Assembly (NCBI GenBank): GCA_031835245.2
Contig: JAVKOQ020000004.1
Coordinates: forward strand, 496,001 to 538,335
Source of the DNA: Balamuthia mandrillaris
Taxonomy: Eukaryota
Length of the DNA stretch: 42,335 bases
Direction of reading: 5' to 3'
Shown here: piece after piece, positions 22,327 to 34,099 of the stretch
How the letters are laid out: each line of letters begins with the position of its first letter
Numbering within the stretch: the stretch's first letter is position 1
Translations under genes and position numbers: made by a program
Notes under the pieces: generated by a model
Databases searched by the model: none
The model's input: only the letters and a program-made list of their open reading frames with translations
What the model was told of the DNA's origin: nothing

Positions 22327-24069
22327 CTATGGTTGATGAGAATGGTGGTGGGTTGGTTGCTGCTGTGGATGATGATGGGCAGGGGATTGGTGTGTTGGTT
22401 GTGTTATAAACTGGGACTGGGGTATCATGTGTGGAGAATGGGGATGATGCAACGCTGGATGGGAATGGTTGTGGGTTTGAGAAACCGACTGCGGCTGCTG
22501 TTGATGGTGTGGAGGTGGAGGAGAAGGTGCAGGATGGCCATGCGCATAGGCATGTGGGTGTTGATGTTGGTGATGTTGATGCGGATGTGATGGGCGTTGG
22601 TGAGCAGGAAGAGGGGAGTGTGGATGTGAGTGAGGATGAGCGTGTGGCAGAGGAGGGTGTTGGTGGGGATGAGAATGGGAATGGGCAGAAGGAGGGGGGT
22701 GATGGGAATGTGAATGAGCCGCAGGAGCAGAGTGAAGGTGAGGATGAGAGGAAGGAGGGGAGAGAATGTGGATGGTGGCTGCTGGGTCAGAGGCTGGGCT
22801 TAACGGTCTTCCCTGTAGCCGCTTGCCTGCAGCAGCAGTTGTAGTAGAGGAGGCAGAGGGAGAAGAAGCGGGTAGAACCTTAGCAGCTGAGTTCATGGCA
22901 TCCTTTCTGGCCTTTTCCTCTCGTTTTTGCCGCTTTCGGGTTTCCTTCTCCTCCGCAAGTTTGGCACGAGCGTTCTCTTTGCGTTTTCTCCGCTCCTTCT
23001 TAGCACCACCAACCAAGTCGATATGGCCATTGCAGATAGGAGGTTCTAAGGTCTTTAGGATAGGGTATTTGCATTTAGTGCCTTCAGGGCTGACGTACTG
23101 ACAACCAGTAAACAGCTTCTGGTTGGGATCTCGCAACAAATCTGTAGTAAGCAAAGTGAGTTATGTGCTTGCGAATAAAGCTTGAACCGAAAAACGTACG
23201 AGCAAAGCAGAATTGAGTGGGAAGAACACATTTGCCATGGCACCGTTTCACGCTACAATCCTTGGCTTGCTCTTCTACTTTCTCATTGTCTGCTGCTGGT
23301 TTGTTTAGGGCAGAAGAAGAGGAGGCCGCGCTGAGTTCTGCGGATGGAGGATGATTCGAGAGATTATCTATTCCTGCAAACTGTTGTTGCGGTTGGTCGG
23401 TTTCTACCTTCATTGCCACTTCTTTTGTTGCCTCTGTTTCTTGCTCATCAGCCCCCTTTTCTTTGTTCTCTTCGGTAACAGGCACATTTCCTAACAACTT
23501 TGCACGAGCGTTGCGCACGTGAAAGTACTGCCGCATGAGTCTATCGTACTCCTTTTGCTTCTGTTCTTGTTTTTCCAACAGGCTTTGTTTACCTTGGTTC
23601 GTTTCTGATGCTGTTCCCTCTGTTTCTTTATCCTTTTTATCCCCTTTCTTGCTTTGCTCTCCATTTTCTTTTTTCACCATTGCTGTTGCTTGGGCTTTTT
23701 CTTCTACATCCATTGAAGAATTGGTAGCGGTGGCCACAGAAGAGGAAGATAAAGTGCTACTTGACTTGATAGACACTTCCACAGGACGAGTCAAGCGTTG
23801 AAGTTCGCCTGTATACTTTTGGTGCTGTGCAACAAGGATATCTTGTAGCCGATAAAATTGTAGCTTGTAGAGCCGTAGCAACTTCTTTATCTTCAGCTGT
23901 CTCCTTCGTATCAGCTCCTCTTCTGTCAAAATTTGTGTTTGACTGATCCAAACGTGAGCACAAAGGAAAAAGTAAATATAGAAGAGTAGAGCGCAAAGAG
24001 AGGTTGAGAGGTGGAGAAATAGAAGAGAGATAGAGAGATGTTAACCAGAAATATCATAGACATAGCTTG

Positions 24070-24109
<40 letters not shown>

Positions 24110-24781
24110 AAAGCAAGAAGAAGAAACTGACCTGAGGTAATCCGAATCAGAGTCAGAGTCATTCAAGTGAAGAAGAAAGGAAGCTGCAGTAAAGGAAGCG
24201 TCTTCAAGCTCCAGGCTGTCGGACTCATCCTCGGAGCTGTCCGAAGGAAAATCATCACTTGATTCGACATCATCCTCTTCTAATAGCTTCCGTTGAGCGT
24301 CATTGGGTTGCAAAGAGCTGTCTTCCTTTTCAGTCTTTGTCGCTGTGTCATCGTCGTTCTTGTCTTTTGTTTGCTCTTCCTTCTCCAGGTTATGCCCATC
24401 TTCTACGGGTTGTTGACCTTTCCCTTTGTCCTCCTTATTCTCTTCTTTGAGTTGACTTTCGCTGTTGGAACAAAATTAGCTAATAGTCGTCGAGAGAGAG
24501 AGAGAGAGAGAGAGAGAAAGAAAGAAAGAACCGTTTTTCTTTAGCTGGGCTTTTGAGCAACAGGCCTTGTTTCTTCAGAAAGCTAACCAGTATGTCGTGA
24601 GCTTCCTTGGTATTGGAAAGGCTGCCGCCGCCACCACCAGCAGGCTTGCCGCCCTGTTGTTGTGGCTTTGCCTTTCGCTTCCTCGTGGTCATCGTTTTCT
24701 TGGGGCGTGCTGCCTTGCTACGCCTTGGCCGCTGTTCTCTCTTTGTCGGTTGTCCTCCGTCTTGTTCCGGTTGGTTGTGGT

Positions 24782-24813
<32 letters not shown>

Positions 24814-25070
24814 TCCACTTGGTTCTTCTCGCTCTCCTCTTTTTCAAGCGTGGCAAGACTTTGCGAGGGCCTCTCATCTCCTTCGGCGGCGGGGGGCTCT
24901 GCTTGCGCGCTCCCTTCGGACTCGCCTCCACTCCTTGGAGGAGCTGCCAGAAGAGGAGCGTCAGCTGCCTCCGCCTGTGGGGGATCTTGTTGTTGTGGCT
25001 CTACTTCCATGGCTTGGATGGCAGGGGTGGCTTGCACCGGCTCAGCAGCAGTGGAGGCAGGAGCTTGCAT
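22327..25070 (-). CDS. KANSL2/INO80D-like protein (zf-C3Hc3H domain) with His/Pro-rich tail; spliced
   Basis: TEEELIRRRQLKIKKLLRLYKLQFYRLQDIL resembles the KANSL2 helix. CSVKRCHGKCVLPTQFCFAHLLRDPNQKLFTGC...CKYPI...PICNGH matches the C3HC3H pattern. Start codon is approximate. Confidence 0.7.
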
Positions 25071-25365
25071 GACGTTGCCCACACACAGAGCACCCTCCTC
25101 CCCCCCCCCTACAAAAAATAAAATGCTCTACGCAGCAACACTCCCCCTTTTCTTATTTTTTCCCTTTCTTTTTTGTTTGTATTTTTTTCAGAGCATTTAT
25201 GTGTCAATTTCCTATTAGGTTGAAGAGGAGCAAATTGATATATATTATGTCTACAAAAATAACTGAGGCCTTGGTTATGACGTCAGCTCTGGAATTGGAA
25301 AAATGTGGCAACGAAGAAGGGAGCGGAACGAAGAAGAAGAAGGGAAGAAGAGGAAGAAGGAAAAG

Positions 25366-26449
25366 ATGCAAGGACGGAAGGGCGACTGGCAGTGTGGTTC
25401 TTGTCGGTTCCACAACTTTGCTTCCCGTAATTCCTGTAAAAACTGTTCATCTCCAAAGCAATTCGCCGCTTCCGTACGTGCATACCACATATATCGTTTT
25501 TTTTTCTCTAAATCCATTACATTCACATTCCTCTTATCGTACCGCGCGTTGTGCTAAAACCCATTCTTTCCTGCTTGGTTTGCGAAAAAAAACAAAAATA
25601 AGGGTCCTTCAACCAGTGGAGGTAGAGGCGGCGGCGCATTGGCAGCAGGCGCCAAGCCAGGAGACTGGTGGTGTTCTCGTTGCAACGAGCTCATCTACGC
25701 TTCCAAACCAAGTTGCCGCAAATGTGGAACGGCAGCTCCTTCCTCCTCCAACAACAACAGGAGTGGACCTATCTCTCAACCATCACAGCAGCGCCAACAG
25801 CAACCACAACAGCAACCACAGAGCCGTCCAGGAGACTGGAATTGTGGCAGGTTTGTATTATATGCTGTTTTTTGTTTTTGTTTTTGTTTTGCAAACAATT
25901 TCTTTTGACGTTTATTTCAAACTAGTTGTGGCAACCTCAACTTTGCTTCACGCACACATTGTCGGCGGTGTGGCGCTCTTCCTTCCTCTGCTGCTGCTTC
26001 TTCTTCTCCCTCCTTCTCTTCTGCTTCTTCAGCAACAACTGCCCAAGCGCAACAAAATGAAGAAGGCCAAAATAGGTATGTAGTGTTTTTATTTTCTATG
26101 TTCGTTTTTGTTTATTTCCTGTCCTCTCTCTCTCTCCCTCTCTCCCTCCCTCTTCTCCCTCCCTCCCTCTTCTCTCCCTCTTCTCTCTCTCTTTCTCTCT
26201 CTCTCCCTCTCTCTCTCGTTCTCTGGTATAGTTATGTGTGAAGATGGTGTTAGTAATGGCGTTGTTTGGTGCAGCAATGAGGAAGGAGAAGGTGAGTGCG
26301 TAGTATGCATGGACAACAAGGCGGATACAGCGGTAACATCGTGCGGCCACCTGGGGATGTGCAATGGCTGTGCCCAAAGGTTAAACCAGTGCCCCGTATG
26401 CCGAGCCACCTACACCCCTCAGCAACTGCTCAAAGTGTTTGTGGTTTGA
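25366..26449 (+). CDS. Three RanBP2-type zinc fingers plus C-terminal C3HC4 RING (putative RNA-binding E3 ligase); spliced
   Basis: GDWQCGSCRFHNFASRNSCKNC, GDWWCSRCNELIYASKPSCRKC, RPGDWNCGSCGNLNFASRTHCRRC; ECVVCMDNKADTAVTSCGHLGMCNGCAQRLNQCPVCR. Alternative start at 25303. Confidence 0.85.
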
Positions 26450-26913
26450 GCCCACCAAAACGCGCGCCCACTCGGCATGCCACAAACGGCGCAACACCAA
26501 ACAAGCCCACACCCCACTCGGATGTTCCCTCCATGTACACAAAGATTCAACATTCAGCTGTCCCTTCTCTCTCTTTCTCATTTTTTTTTTCGTTCGTGGG
26601 AGGGGAGGGCAGGGCAGAGGTTCCACAATTTGAAGAATTGGTCAAGCACAAGCTGTCTCATCTTCAGCGAGGCGATTCGGACACCCGTACCGACACCAGC
26701 GTACGACACCACGTCGCAATAAAGGGGTTCCCAGAAATTTTCCAGAATCCGTGCGCCTCCTCTCTTCTGTGAAACAACAACACACCTCTCCCCCCTCCTC
26801 CCTTCCTTGATCTTCTTTCCCCCCCCCCTTTCCCCTTCTCTCTCCTCCAGAGTCGACTAGCGAAGAGGAGGTTGTTTGAACTGATCGGCGGGGATCACAT
26901 AGACAAAAAAAAA

Positions 26914-28655
26914 ATGTCGAGCAAAGAAGCAGCGATAGCCTCGCTGTTGCGTAACTTTGGGGGGCAGCTGGACAGGGAGGTGCTGGAGAGCGTGCTGGAG
27001 ATTTGCGGAGGGGACGCTCGCCAAGCCACCAACTTTTTGCGCGTGCAGAATGAGGGGGACTACGTCGAGCCCACCGGCTCCAGCGCCCAGCAGGGGCCTT
27101 CCCTGCCTTCCGGCTACATGGACCGACCGAAAGGCTTCGTGATGCCCAAACAGGTATATTTATATTTTTTTTTCAAAAAAAAAAGCCTTGCCTTCTTCTC
27201 CGTTCTCTCATCGAATGCTAAATCTTTTGTGAATAAACAGGACGGTGAGAGCTCGGGAGCCTCGCAACACAGGGCAAACCGCCTCAAGAAGATTTTCTTA
27301 TCGGAGACGTCGTTTCTGGAACACCAGCAGCTGCTCCAGAAGGAATATCCGGACTATGTCGCCGTGTTGATGCTTCTCTTGAACAAGGCTGTGGAGTTGA
27401 GCCACAACACAAAGGCCCGAGTATTAGCTGCCGCTTGGGCTGCTCATGTATGTTTTTTTAATGCTGCTTTCTCTTCTTTCTTCTCTTCTTCTTTGAAAGC
27501 CCATTCTTATGAGGAACGGCAATAGGAATGGGAGTTGGCAGAGTTTCTGCTCTCTTTTGAGCAACATTACGCGCTGCCAGAAGTGTTGAAGGCAGTGAAG
27601 ATCCTGGACGCTCCTCGTAAGCTTCGTGCTTTGGAGAAGCGTATCGCACGCTTGGAAAAGCAAGGCACCGCCAAGGCCCGCACCATTGGTGTCATTAAGT
27701 ACGTTGTGAGATTCCTTCAACTGTGGCCGTTGAACGAGCTTGCTAACGATTCATGTTTCGTTTATGTTTGCAGAGCTCAAATCAACGATTTGAAGAAGGA
27801 CATCCCTACTGTTGAGGAACAACAAACATCTGTGACCAGCGCTCTTGCGAAGAGAGTGCGTAAGTGGGCAGGTTCCCTACAGCGAGCCAAGCTGGAATTC
27901 TTCTTGTTGCAGATGCCTAAGGAGCTTTGGTATTCGCTTTCTTTCTCTTTAGTTGTTTCTCTTTCTCTCTAATTAACACAGACCATGTACCAAAGGCAAG
28001 AGTTGGCAGATGTTGTTCACTTCCACCCTAAAGACTTCCAATTGGAATACTTTTTGGACGTGGTATTTGGCAAGCAGCCACCTACGGAGTCTGCTGTGGT
28101 ACAAGCCGCCCACCTCACAGAGGAAACCAGCAGCCATGAGCTTGTGGCCAAGTACCGCTTTCCTTACTCCTTCCTGCGTAAGCATTTGCCAGAGCTGTCC
28201 AACACAATCAAGGTAGAAGTCGCCAAGTACGAAACTTTGGACACCCTCATTTGGTACTATGAGGAGATCAGCGGTCCTCCTGAGGTTGACAGCATCATCC
28301 GTCAACGTCTCGCCGATGGTGAAGAGCCTCATTTTAGGTATATTCTCTTCTCTTCTCTTCTCTCTATCCTCTCTCATATTTTGGCTACCGAACAGTTATG
28401 GAAAGCTTATGGAACGTCTCATGTTCTTCAAGCAAAGCGGCGTTCCGTTCTTTGAACAGCTGATTCCCATTGCTGAGAGAAGGCTGCGCAGCCTTACACT
28501 GCCTCTTGAACCCCCTGTCGTTGTGTGTGGCGACGCTTCCTATTCCGTATGTACCTCTTTTTTTGGCCATTTAATCTGGATTCAAAATTAACTTAGAAAA
28601 CCAACAGATGGACGTTGCCATTCGGACAGCCACCATCATTGGTTCTTTGGTACGA

Positions 28656-28693
<38 letters not shown>

Positions 28694-29848
28694 CGTCCGA
28701 CGTTCAAACTAAATTCTCTTTTTTGTTTTTGTTCATTCAGCTGACGGCGTTAACAAATGCGGATCTCACGTTCTTCAATGTGAAGTTGTTCAGAGCGCCA
28801 GTGATGCCCCGCACCGTGGACGAGGTGTTGGAGGTAGCAACAACCACAAAAGCAGATGGCCTCACGGCTCCAGGTTGCTGCATATGGGAGTACTACAAGA
28901 AGAAGGAGGTGGTCAAGTTCTTTGTCATCGTCACGGACGAGATCGAGAACGAGCCCTTCAACGGCGAGTTCTTTGGTCAGCTGTTCTACAAGTACCACCA
29001 GGAGGTTTACCCTGCTAAGATCGTCTTTGTGAGCTTCCTCGAGAATCCTACTCAGAAAGGCAGAATGGTGCAGAGCCTCGAGAACCTTGGCTTTAATCCG
29101 TTGCAGTTCAGGCTGGACAGCCGCAGGCCTGACTTGACCAAGGTAGACACCTTGCTTGGTATCCTTTCATCCGAGTGCGAGTTCTTCTCTACACAAGCGG
29201 AAGCCTTGGCTGAAAGCGTCCTTGCTGGCATCGATCTAGCTGAAACAGAACAAGCGGGAGAAAGAAAGCAGACTTCTGAAGATAAGGAGAAAGGAAAGGA
29301 GAAACAAAAGGAAACAACTGAGGAAGTTGAAAAAAGCGCACAGAAAAAAGGAGCTGCTGCCGTGCAAAAGAAGAAACTGGCGCTTGCCATTCAGCGGCTA
29401 GAGGAGCTGCCCTTGCCAGAGACACTGCAGCAGAAGAAACAACAGGAAGCAGAGAAGCACAAACAAGGAGCTAAGGAAGGCAAGGACAAGGACAAAGAAG
29501 GAGAGGAGGACAGCGGCAAGAAGTCATCGCCTCGTCGCCGTCAGCAAGAGGATGACGGAGCTCCAGAAGAGTTTTGTTGCCCTATCACCAACGACGTAAT
29601 GGAGGACCCTGTCGTTGCTGCCGATGGCCAATGCTACGAGAGAAGCGCTATTGGTATGCTCCCCTCCTCCAGCTCCCTCCCCCAGCTCCCTCCCCCTCGC
29701 CTCTCATGACTAACGAGACTTTAAAACAGAGGAGTGGCTACAAAAGAATGATACATCGCCACTGACAGGAGCAAAGTTGGAGACCAAGGTCCTCTACCCC
29801 AACTACTCTCTTCGTTCTCGCATCAAGGAATGGAATGCCGACAAATGA
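26914..29848 (+). CDS. CUE-like + helical region + vWA (Ro60/TROVE-module-like) + U-box protein; multi-exon
   Basis: N-terminal LLRNFGGQLDREVLESVLEICGGDARQATNFL (CUE-like). MIDAS residues VVCGDASYSM...GLTAP...VIVTDEIEN. U-box PEEFCCPITNDVMEDPVVAADGQCYERSAIEEWL...SPLTG...YPNYSLRSRIKEW. Confidence 0.75.
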
Positions 29849-30005
29849 AAAGCAGAGAGAGCATAAGAAGGTGTTCTAGTGTCTCGTTGTGGATGTAAAA
29901 ATGAAATAACAAATAGGTTTGATGCTTTTTTGTTGTGATAGTTCTTCTACAATGTGCTTTTTAGAAGCGGCAGTAATAGGGTACAAACAGAACGACTTAC
30001 AGGTT

Positions 30006-30678
30006 TTAGCTCTCACCTTTCTTCTTTTGCTGCTTGAGCTTTTTCTTTGCTTCCTTTTCCTCTTCCTTCTTTTTCTTGGAAAGTTTCTTCCTCAACTTCT
30101 TGTCGTTCTCGTCCTTGCCATTCTCATCCCAACCCAAGGCCGCAAGCTTACCTTGCAGGTCCGCTATCTCCCGTCGCAACCTCTTTTCCGTTTCTTTCCA
30201 TTGCTCCTCTCTTGCCTCCCAAATCATTTGCTCTTTCTTCCAGATCAGCTCCTTCTTATCCCATTCCTCCTCTTTCTTCTTCCACTCAAGCTCTTTCTTC
30301 TTGGAGTACCCTTCTTCCTCTGCTACAGCAGTCGTATTGTCACCTCCGTTCTCTGTAGAAGACCCTCCTTTAGCTTGTTCAGCTTCTCCTTCGGCTTTCC
30401 TGGCGACAGGAGGAGTGGAAACAGTTGAAGAAGATGATGTCGGAGCCGGAGGATTGGAGTGGTGTGGTTGTTCTGTGGCTGTGGCGGGTGTTGTGGTGGT
30501 TGGCGGAGTGCTGGGCATCGTGGATGCTTTGGCGTTGAGCAGCTCTCTTATCTCGGGACTCTTTGCAACACTGCTGGGTGTGTCTCCTTGCGAGTTTTGA
30601 GCCATTGGATTTGCTCCGTGAGCAAGAAGCACCTCCACGACAGCTATGTGGCCGTTGTACGAGGCATAGTGCAACGGT

Positions 30679-30716
<38 letters not shown>

Positions 30717-31078
30717 TCAATTTACGAAGAGCATGGGATACGGGAAGAAATACGAACGTCCAAAGTTTGTGGGTTGTTGGATCGGGGTTTATATTTGCGA
30801 TTTTGAGAAGCAGCTCCACGCAGTCAATGTGTCCATGACCAGCTGCCCAATGAAGGGCTGAAGGTAAGGAAGGTTTACAGTCAGCGAAAAAGCCAAACAC
30901 GCGTAAGACGGCAAGCGAGATTACCTTGTTGCCCCAAGTTGTTTACCCAGGTTGGGTCAGCTCCTTCTTCGATCAAACTGCGAACATTTTCCACTTCTCC
31001 CGTTCCAGCAAAGTGGAGCAGCTGCCTGTCTCTTGTGTCCTCTTTGACCAGTTCTGGATCCTTGAGCCGAAGCGACAT
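30006..31078 (-). CDS. Ankyrin-repeat protein with C-terminal coiled coil; spliced
   Basis: LLHFAGTGEVENVRSLIEEGAD, ALHWAAGHGHIDCVELLL, PLHYASYNGHIAVVEVLLAHGANP...GDTP. Confidence 0.85.
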
Positions 31079-31401
31079 CCGCCAATTCGTCTGCTGTCCT
31101 CGCTTGCCTTTCCGCTTTGGCCGTTCATTTGTTTCAGCACTGAAGGAGACGGAAGACATTTTTTCGTGGGAGGAGGAAACAAACAAAGTTCGTGTTATTA
31201 TGGCCCTCTTCTTCTCCTATGTATTGGCTTTGAAACTAAAATAAAAAGGGTGTTGCCGAGCAGGAGTTTGTTTTGTGGTGTGCAAAGACCGATTATGGCA
31301 CAAGTTGAACGAAAAGGCGCCTTGCCTGAGGGGAAGAATTACCTATATTGGCACTTTTTGTTTTGGTTTCTTTTGGGTTGTTTGCAGGAGGAGGAGGTTA
31401 C

Positions 31402-31741
31402 TGGGACCAATCTATAGTGGTCTAACGTCCAACCAAAACCAGGAACAGAAGGCTAAGGAGGCTCCGTGCTAAAGTGGTCTGTTGTTTAGCTTCCGTGGTT
31501 ATGCCAGTGCACCCACTTGGTCTTCTAGATGCCAAAGGGGAGCCTCCTTATCCTTCTGTTCCTTGTCTTGGTTTTCTTCTGAGAGAGCCTTCTTTGGTTG
31601 ACCTGTTTTGCTCTGGTGGTGGTACTATTATATGGGTCTTGCTAGACACGCTTTTTTACGTACCAACACGACAAAATAATGACCGTTTCGGGCCGATTGT
31701 GTGGCTTATGAACCATACCATAGATTCTTTTATTGGTCCCA
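31402..31741. repeat. Intergenic fold-back element (nested inverted repeats; MITE-like or structured ncRNA)
   Basis: Outer IR TGGGACCAAT (31402-31411) / ATTGGTCCCA (31732-31741). Inner 35-bp IR 31431-31465 / 31539-31573 with 3 mismatches. Confidence 0.7.
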
Positions 31742-31753
31742 TTGGAGGGGGGC

Positions 31754-33728
31754 TCATTGATCCAAGTTTGGCGTTGGTTTAGGTTTGTCGGCCCAATGCT
31801 TGTCCAAGAAGGTCTGATAGGAAATGCCAGAGGCCAAGGCATTACGCAACGCCTCAAACGTAGATCTCTTGGCCATGCCCTGAAGAAACATAGTCACCAC
31901 CCAAGGCCTAATGTCTTGCACAGTTACTTCCTTTGCTTCTTCGTCCAGTTGTTGCCATATCTTGAACAAAATGGGTTTGCGCACAGAAGCAGAGGAGGAA
32001 GAAGGTTGGGAAGACAAGGATCTGGCAAACTTGGCTCGGTCGTTGTTGTAGAGTTGTTTCAGTTCGGTGACTTGTTGAAGCATCTCTGCGCAGTTCTTGT
32101 CGATCTCTTCCACCATTCGGCTTGAGAACTCGTCCATCGCGCGTCTGTCCTCTTCCACCAACCAAGCTCTCAGGTCATCGTACTTCTCCTCTGCAAGGCA
32201 TGCAAGCATTAAAAAGGACAAAGAAAGAAGATACGTAAGAAGATGAAGAAGCACAAGCACAAGAAGAAGAGAAAAGAGGAAAGGAGAATAAGCACCAAGA
32301 ATACATTTCCAACAGGATCGTTCTGAACCAGCATTAGAACGAGCCGAAGAGACAAGCTCCAAAGCCTTGTTGATATTGCAGTACCACTTCGTTTTGATTT
32401 TGTACATCAAGCCAGAGTCGAACCGAATGACAAAGCCCTCAAAGCCCTGGTTCTTTTCCCGAATGGCGTGCTGTAGCTCTGCAAGGCTTAGTCCTCCTTC
32501 TCCTTCCTGTCTCTCAGAAGCGGAAGATGGAAGATATACACCTAACTCCTCCAACGTGTAGGCCTTTACTACTGGTATTCCTGTTTTTTGTTTAAGAGAA
32601 AGAGAGGAGAGAGGAGAGAAAGAGAGGAGAGAGGAGAGAGAGAGGAGAGAGAGAGGAGAGCAGAGAGCAGAGAGCAGAGAGCAGAGAGCAGAGAGCAGAG
32701 AGCAGAGAGCAGAGAGCAGAGAGCAGAGAGCAGAGAGCAGAGAGCAGAGAGCAGAGAGCAGAGAGCAGAGAGCAGAGAGCAGAGAGCAGAGAGCAGAGAG
32801 CAGAGAGCAGAGAGCAGAGAGCAGAGAGAGAAGCAAAAGCAGAAGAAATAGAACGTGTTTCAAAAAAGTGAGATAGAGAACGAACAAAGATGAAAGCAAA
32901 GCCTACCATATTCCTCTGCAACTTTTTTCGTCTCAGCATAAGACAGATAGTCACCCGAGTGCATGTGCCGCAGACAAACAAGCGTCAAGGAATCCGTGGG
33001 ATAATCCAACACTACTCTCGTCTTATTGCTGCACCACTCATAGATGGGAGTGTAGCCACGCTCAATCCACTCCGCTGAAAACTCTTTGTACAACGACTTC
33101 TTCCTGTCTCCTTGATCTTCTGGCTCTGCATTGATGAAAGCCTCTGCCAAGAGAGAAGCGTCCGTGACGCCTTGCTTGGTGCAAAACCGGAGCTGCCCTT
33201 CCGTGTAGTAGGGAGAGACCATGGAGCCGTCAAGCTTCTCCAACACGACGAACGGCTGGCTCAGGTCTATCTTCTCTGCTTTGGCCTCCTCCACTTCATT
33301 CACTGTTCTTCATGTTGTTAGGAAAAGAGATAGAGAGAAGAGAAGAGAGAAGAGAAAAGAAAGAAGAGTGTAGAGAGAAGAGAGGATAAGAAGGAGAGAA
33401 AGAGAGAACCATTGAAGAACTTATGAAAGCGGCGAGAGATAACCTTTCCAGTTTGGGTGGAAAAGACGATGCCCCTACACTCCCTTCGCAGCTGCCACAG
33501 CAACCGAGTCCGCTCATCAGGGGCAGTCTCCGGGTCCGGAAAGATGTCCTTGGCCATCCCCAAAAAGTAGATGAAGATGCTGTGGTCGGGGAACGTCAGC
33601 TCCTTGAAGTCGACCCTGTCTTTGATGGCCTCCCTGACGTCCTCTATGCGGATGTCCTGCGGAAAGAGTGACGCGCCAGGCCTGTTGCGAGGGGTGCATG
33701 CATGGTCGCTGCTGCTCTCTCCTTCCAT
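31754..33728 (-). CDS. T4 RNA ligase 1 (Rnl1)-family ATP-dependent RNA ligase; spliced
   Basis: RRECRGIVF...VISRRFHKFFN, motif I EKLDGSMV, TPIYEWCS...RVVLDY, motif IV EGFVIRF, motif V YKIKTKWY. Confidence 0.9.
32656..32823 (+). repeat. Perfect heptamer tandem repeat (GAGAGCA) x ~24 in an RNA ligase intron
   Basis: C recurs every 7 nt from 32661 to 32822. Confidence 0.95.
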
Positions 33729-33754
33729 TTCTCTCTCCCTCTCTCTCTCTCACT

Positions 33755-33818
<64 letters not shown>

Positions 33819-34099
33819 TGTCTATCAAGAACAAATTTTTGTGTGGGTAATGCCTCCGCTCCTGTCCTGGCCCGTATCTGTCGACATTAATAGATATGAC
33901 GTGGTTTTTCCCTTATCAAGGAGAGGATGAGCTGTCTTTTGGAAATGAAGAAAAAGAAAGGAGCGAAGACGCACGATGGGAGGGAGAGCCGCTACAGCCA
34001 ATTTCTTTTCTTTTCCCTCTCCGTTGTACTACATGCTACTACACAACCTTTAAAACCGCCACCACTATGACCACACTGTGAACGTAAAAAAAACTTATC

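Noticed and set aside
26680..26716. Three short GACACC..CGT repeats
   Set aside because: Too short and irregular for a CRISPR-like array; no spacers.
31403..31420. Resemblance of GGGACCAATCTATAGTG to U3 box A, and of CTAAGGAGG (31453-31461) to SRP RNA
   Set aside because: No U3 C/D boxes and no SRP helix-8 motif found.
31736..31751. CCCATTGGAGGGGG resembles the 18-bp repeat beside the Fanzor remnant
   Set aside because: Short, gapped and G-rich; cannot be distinguished from chance.
32588..32981. ORFs with ALCSLLS/AESREQR periodic peptides, and other SLSL/RERE ORFs across the window
   Set aside because: Translations of intronic or intergenic microsatellites, not proteins.
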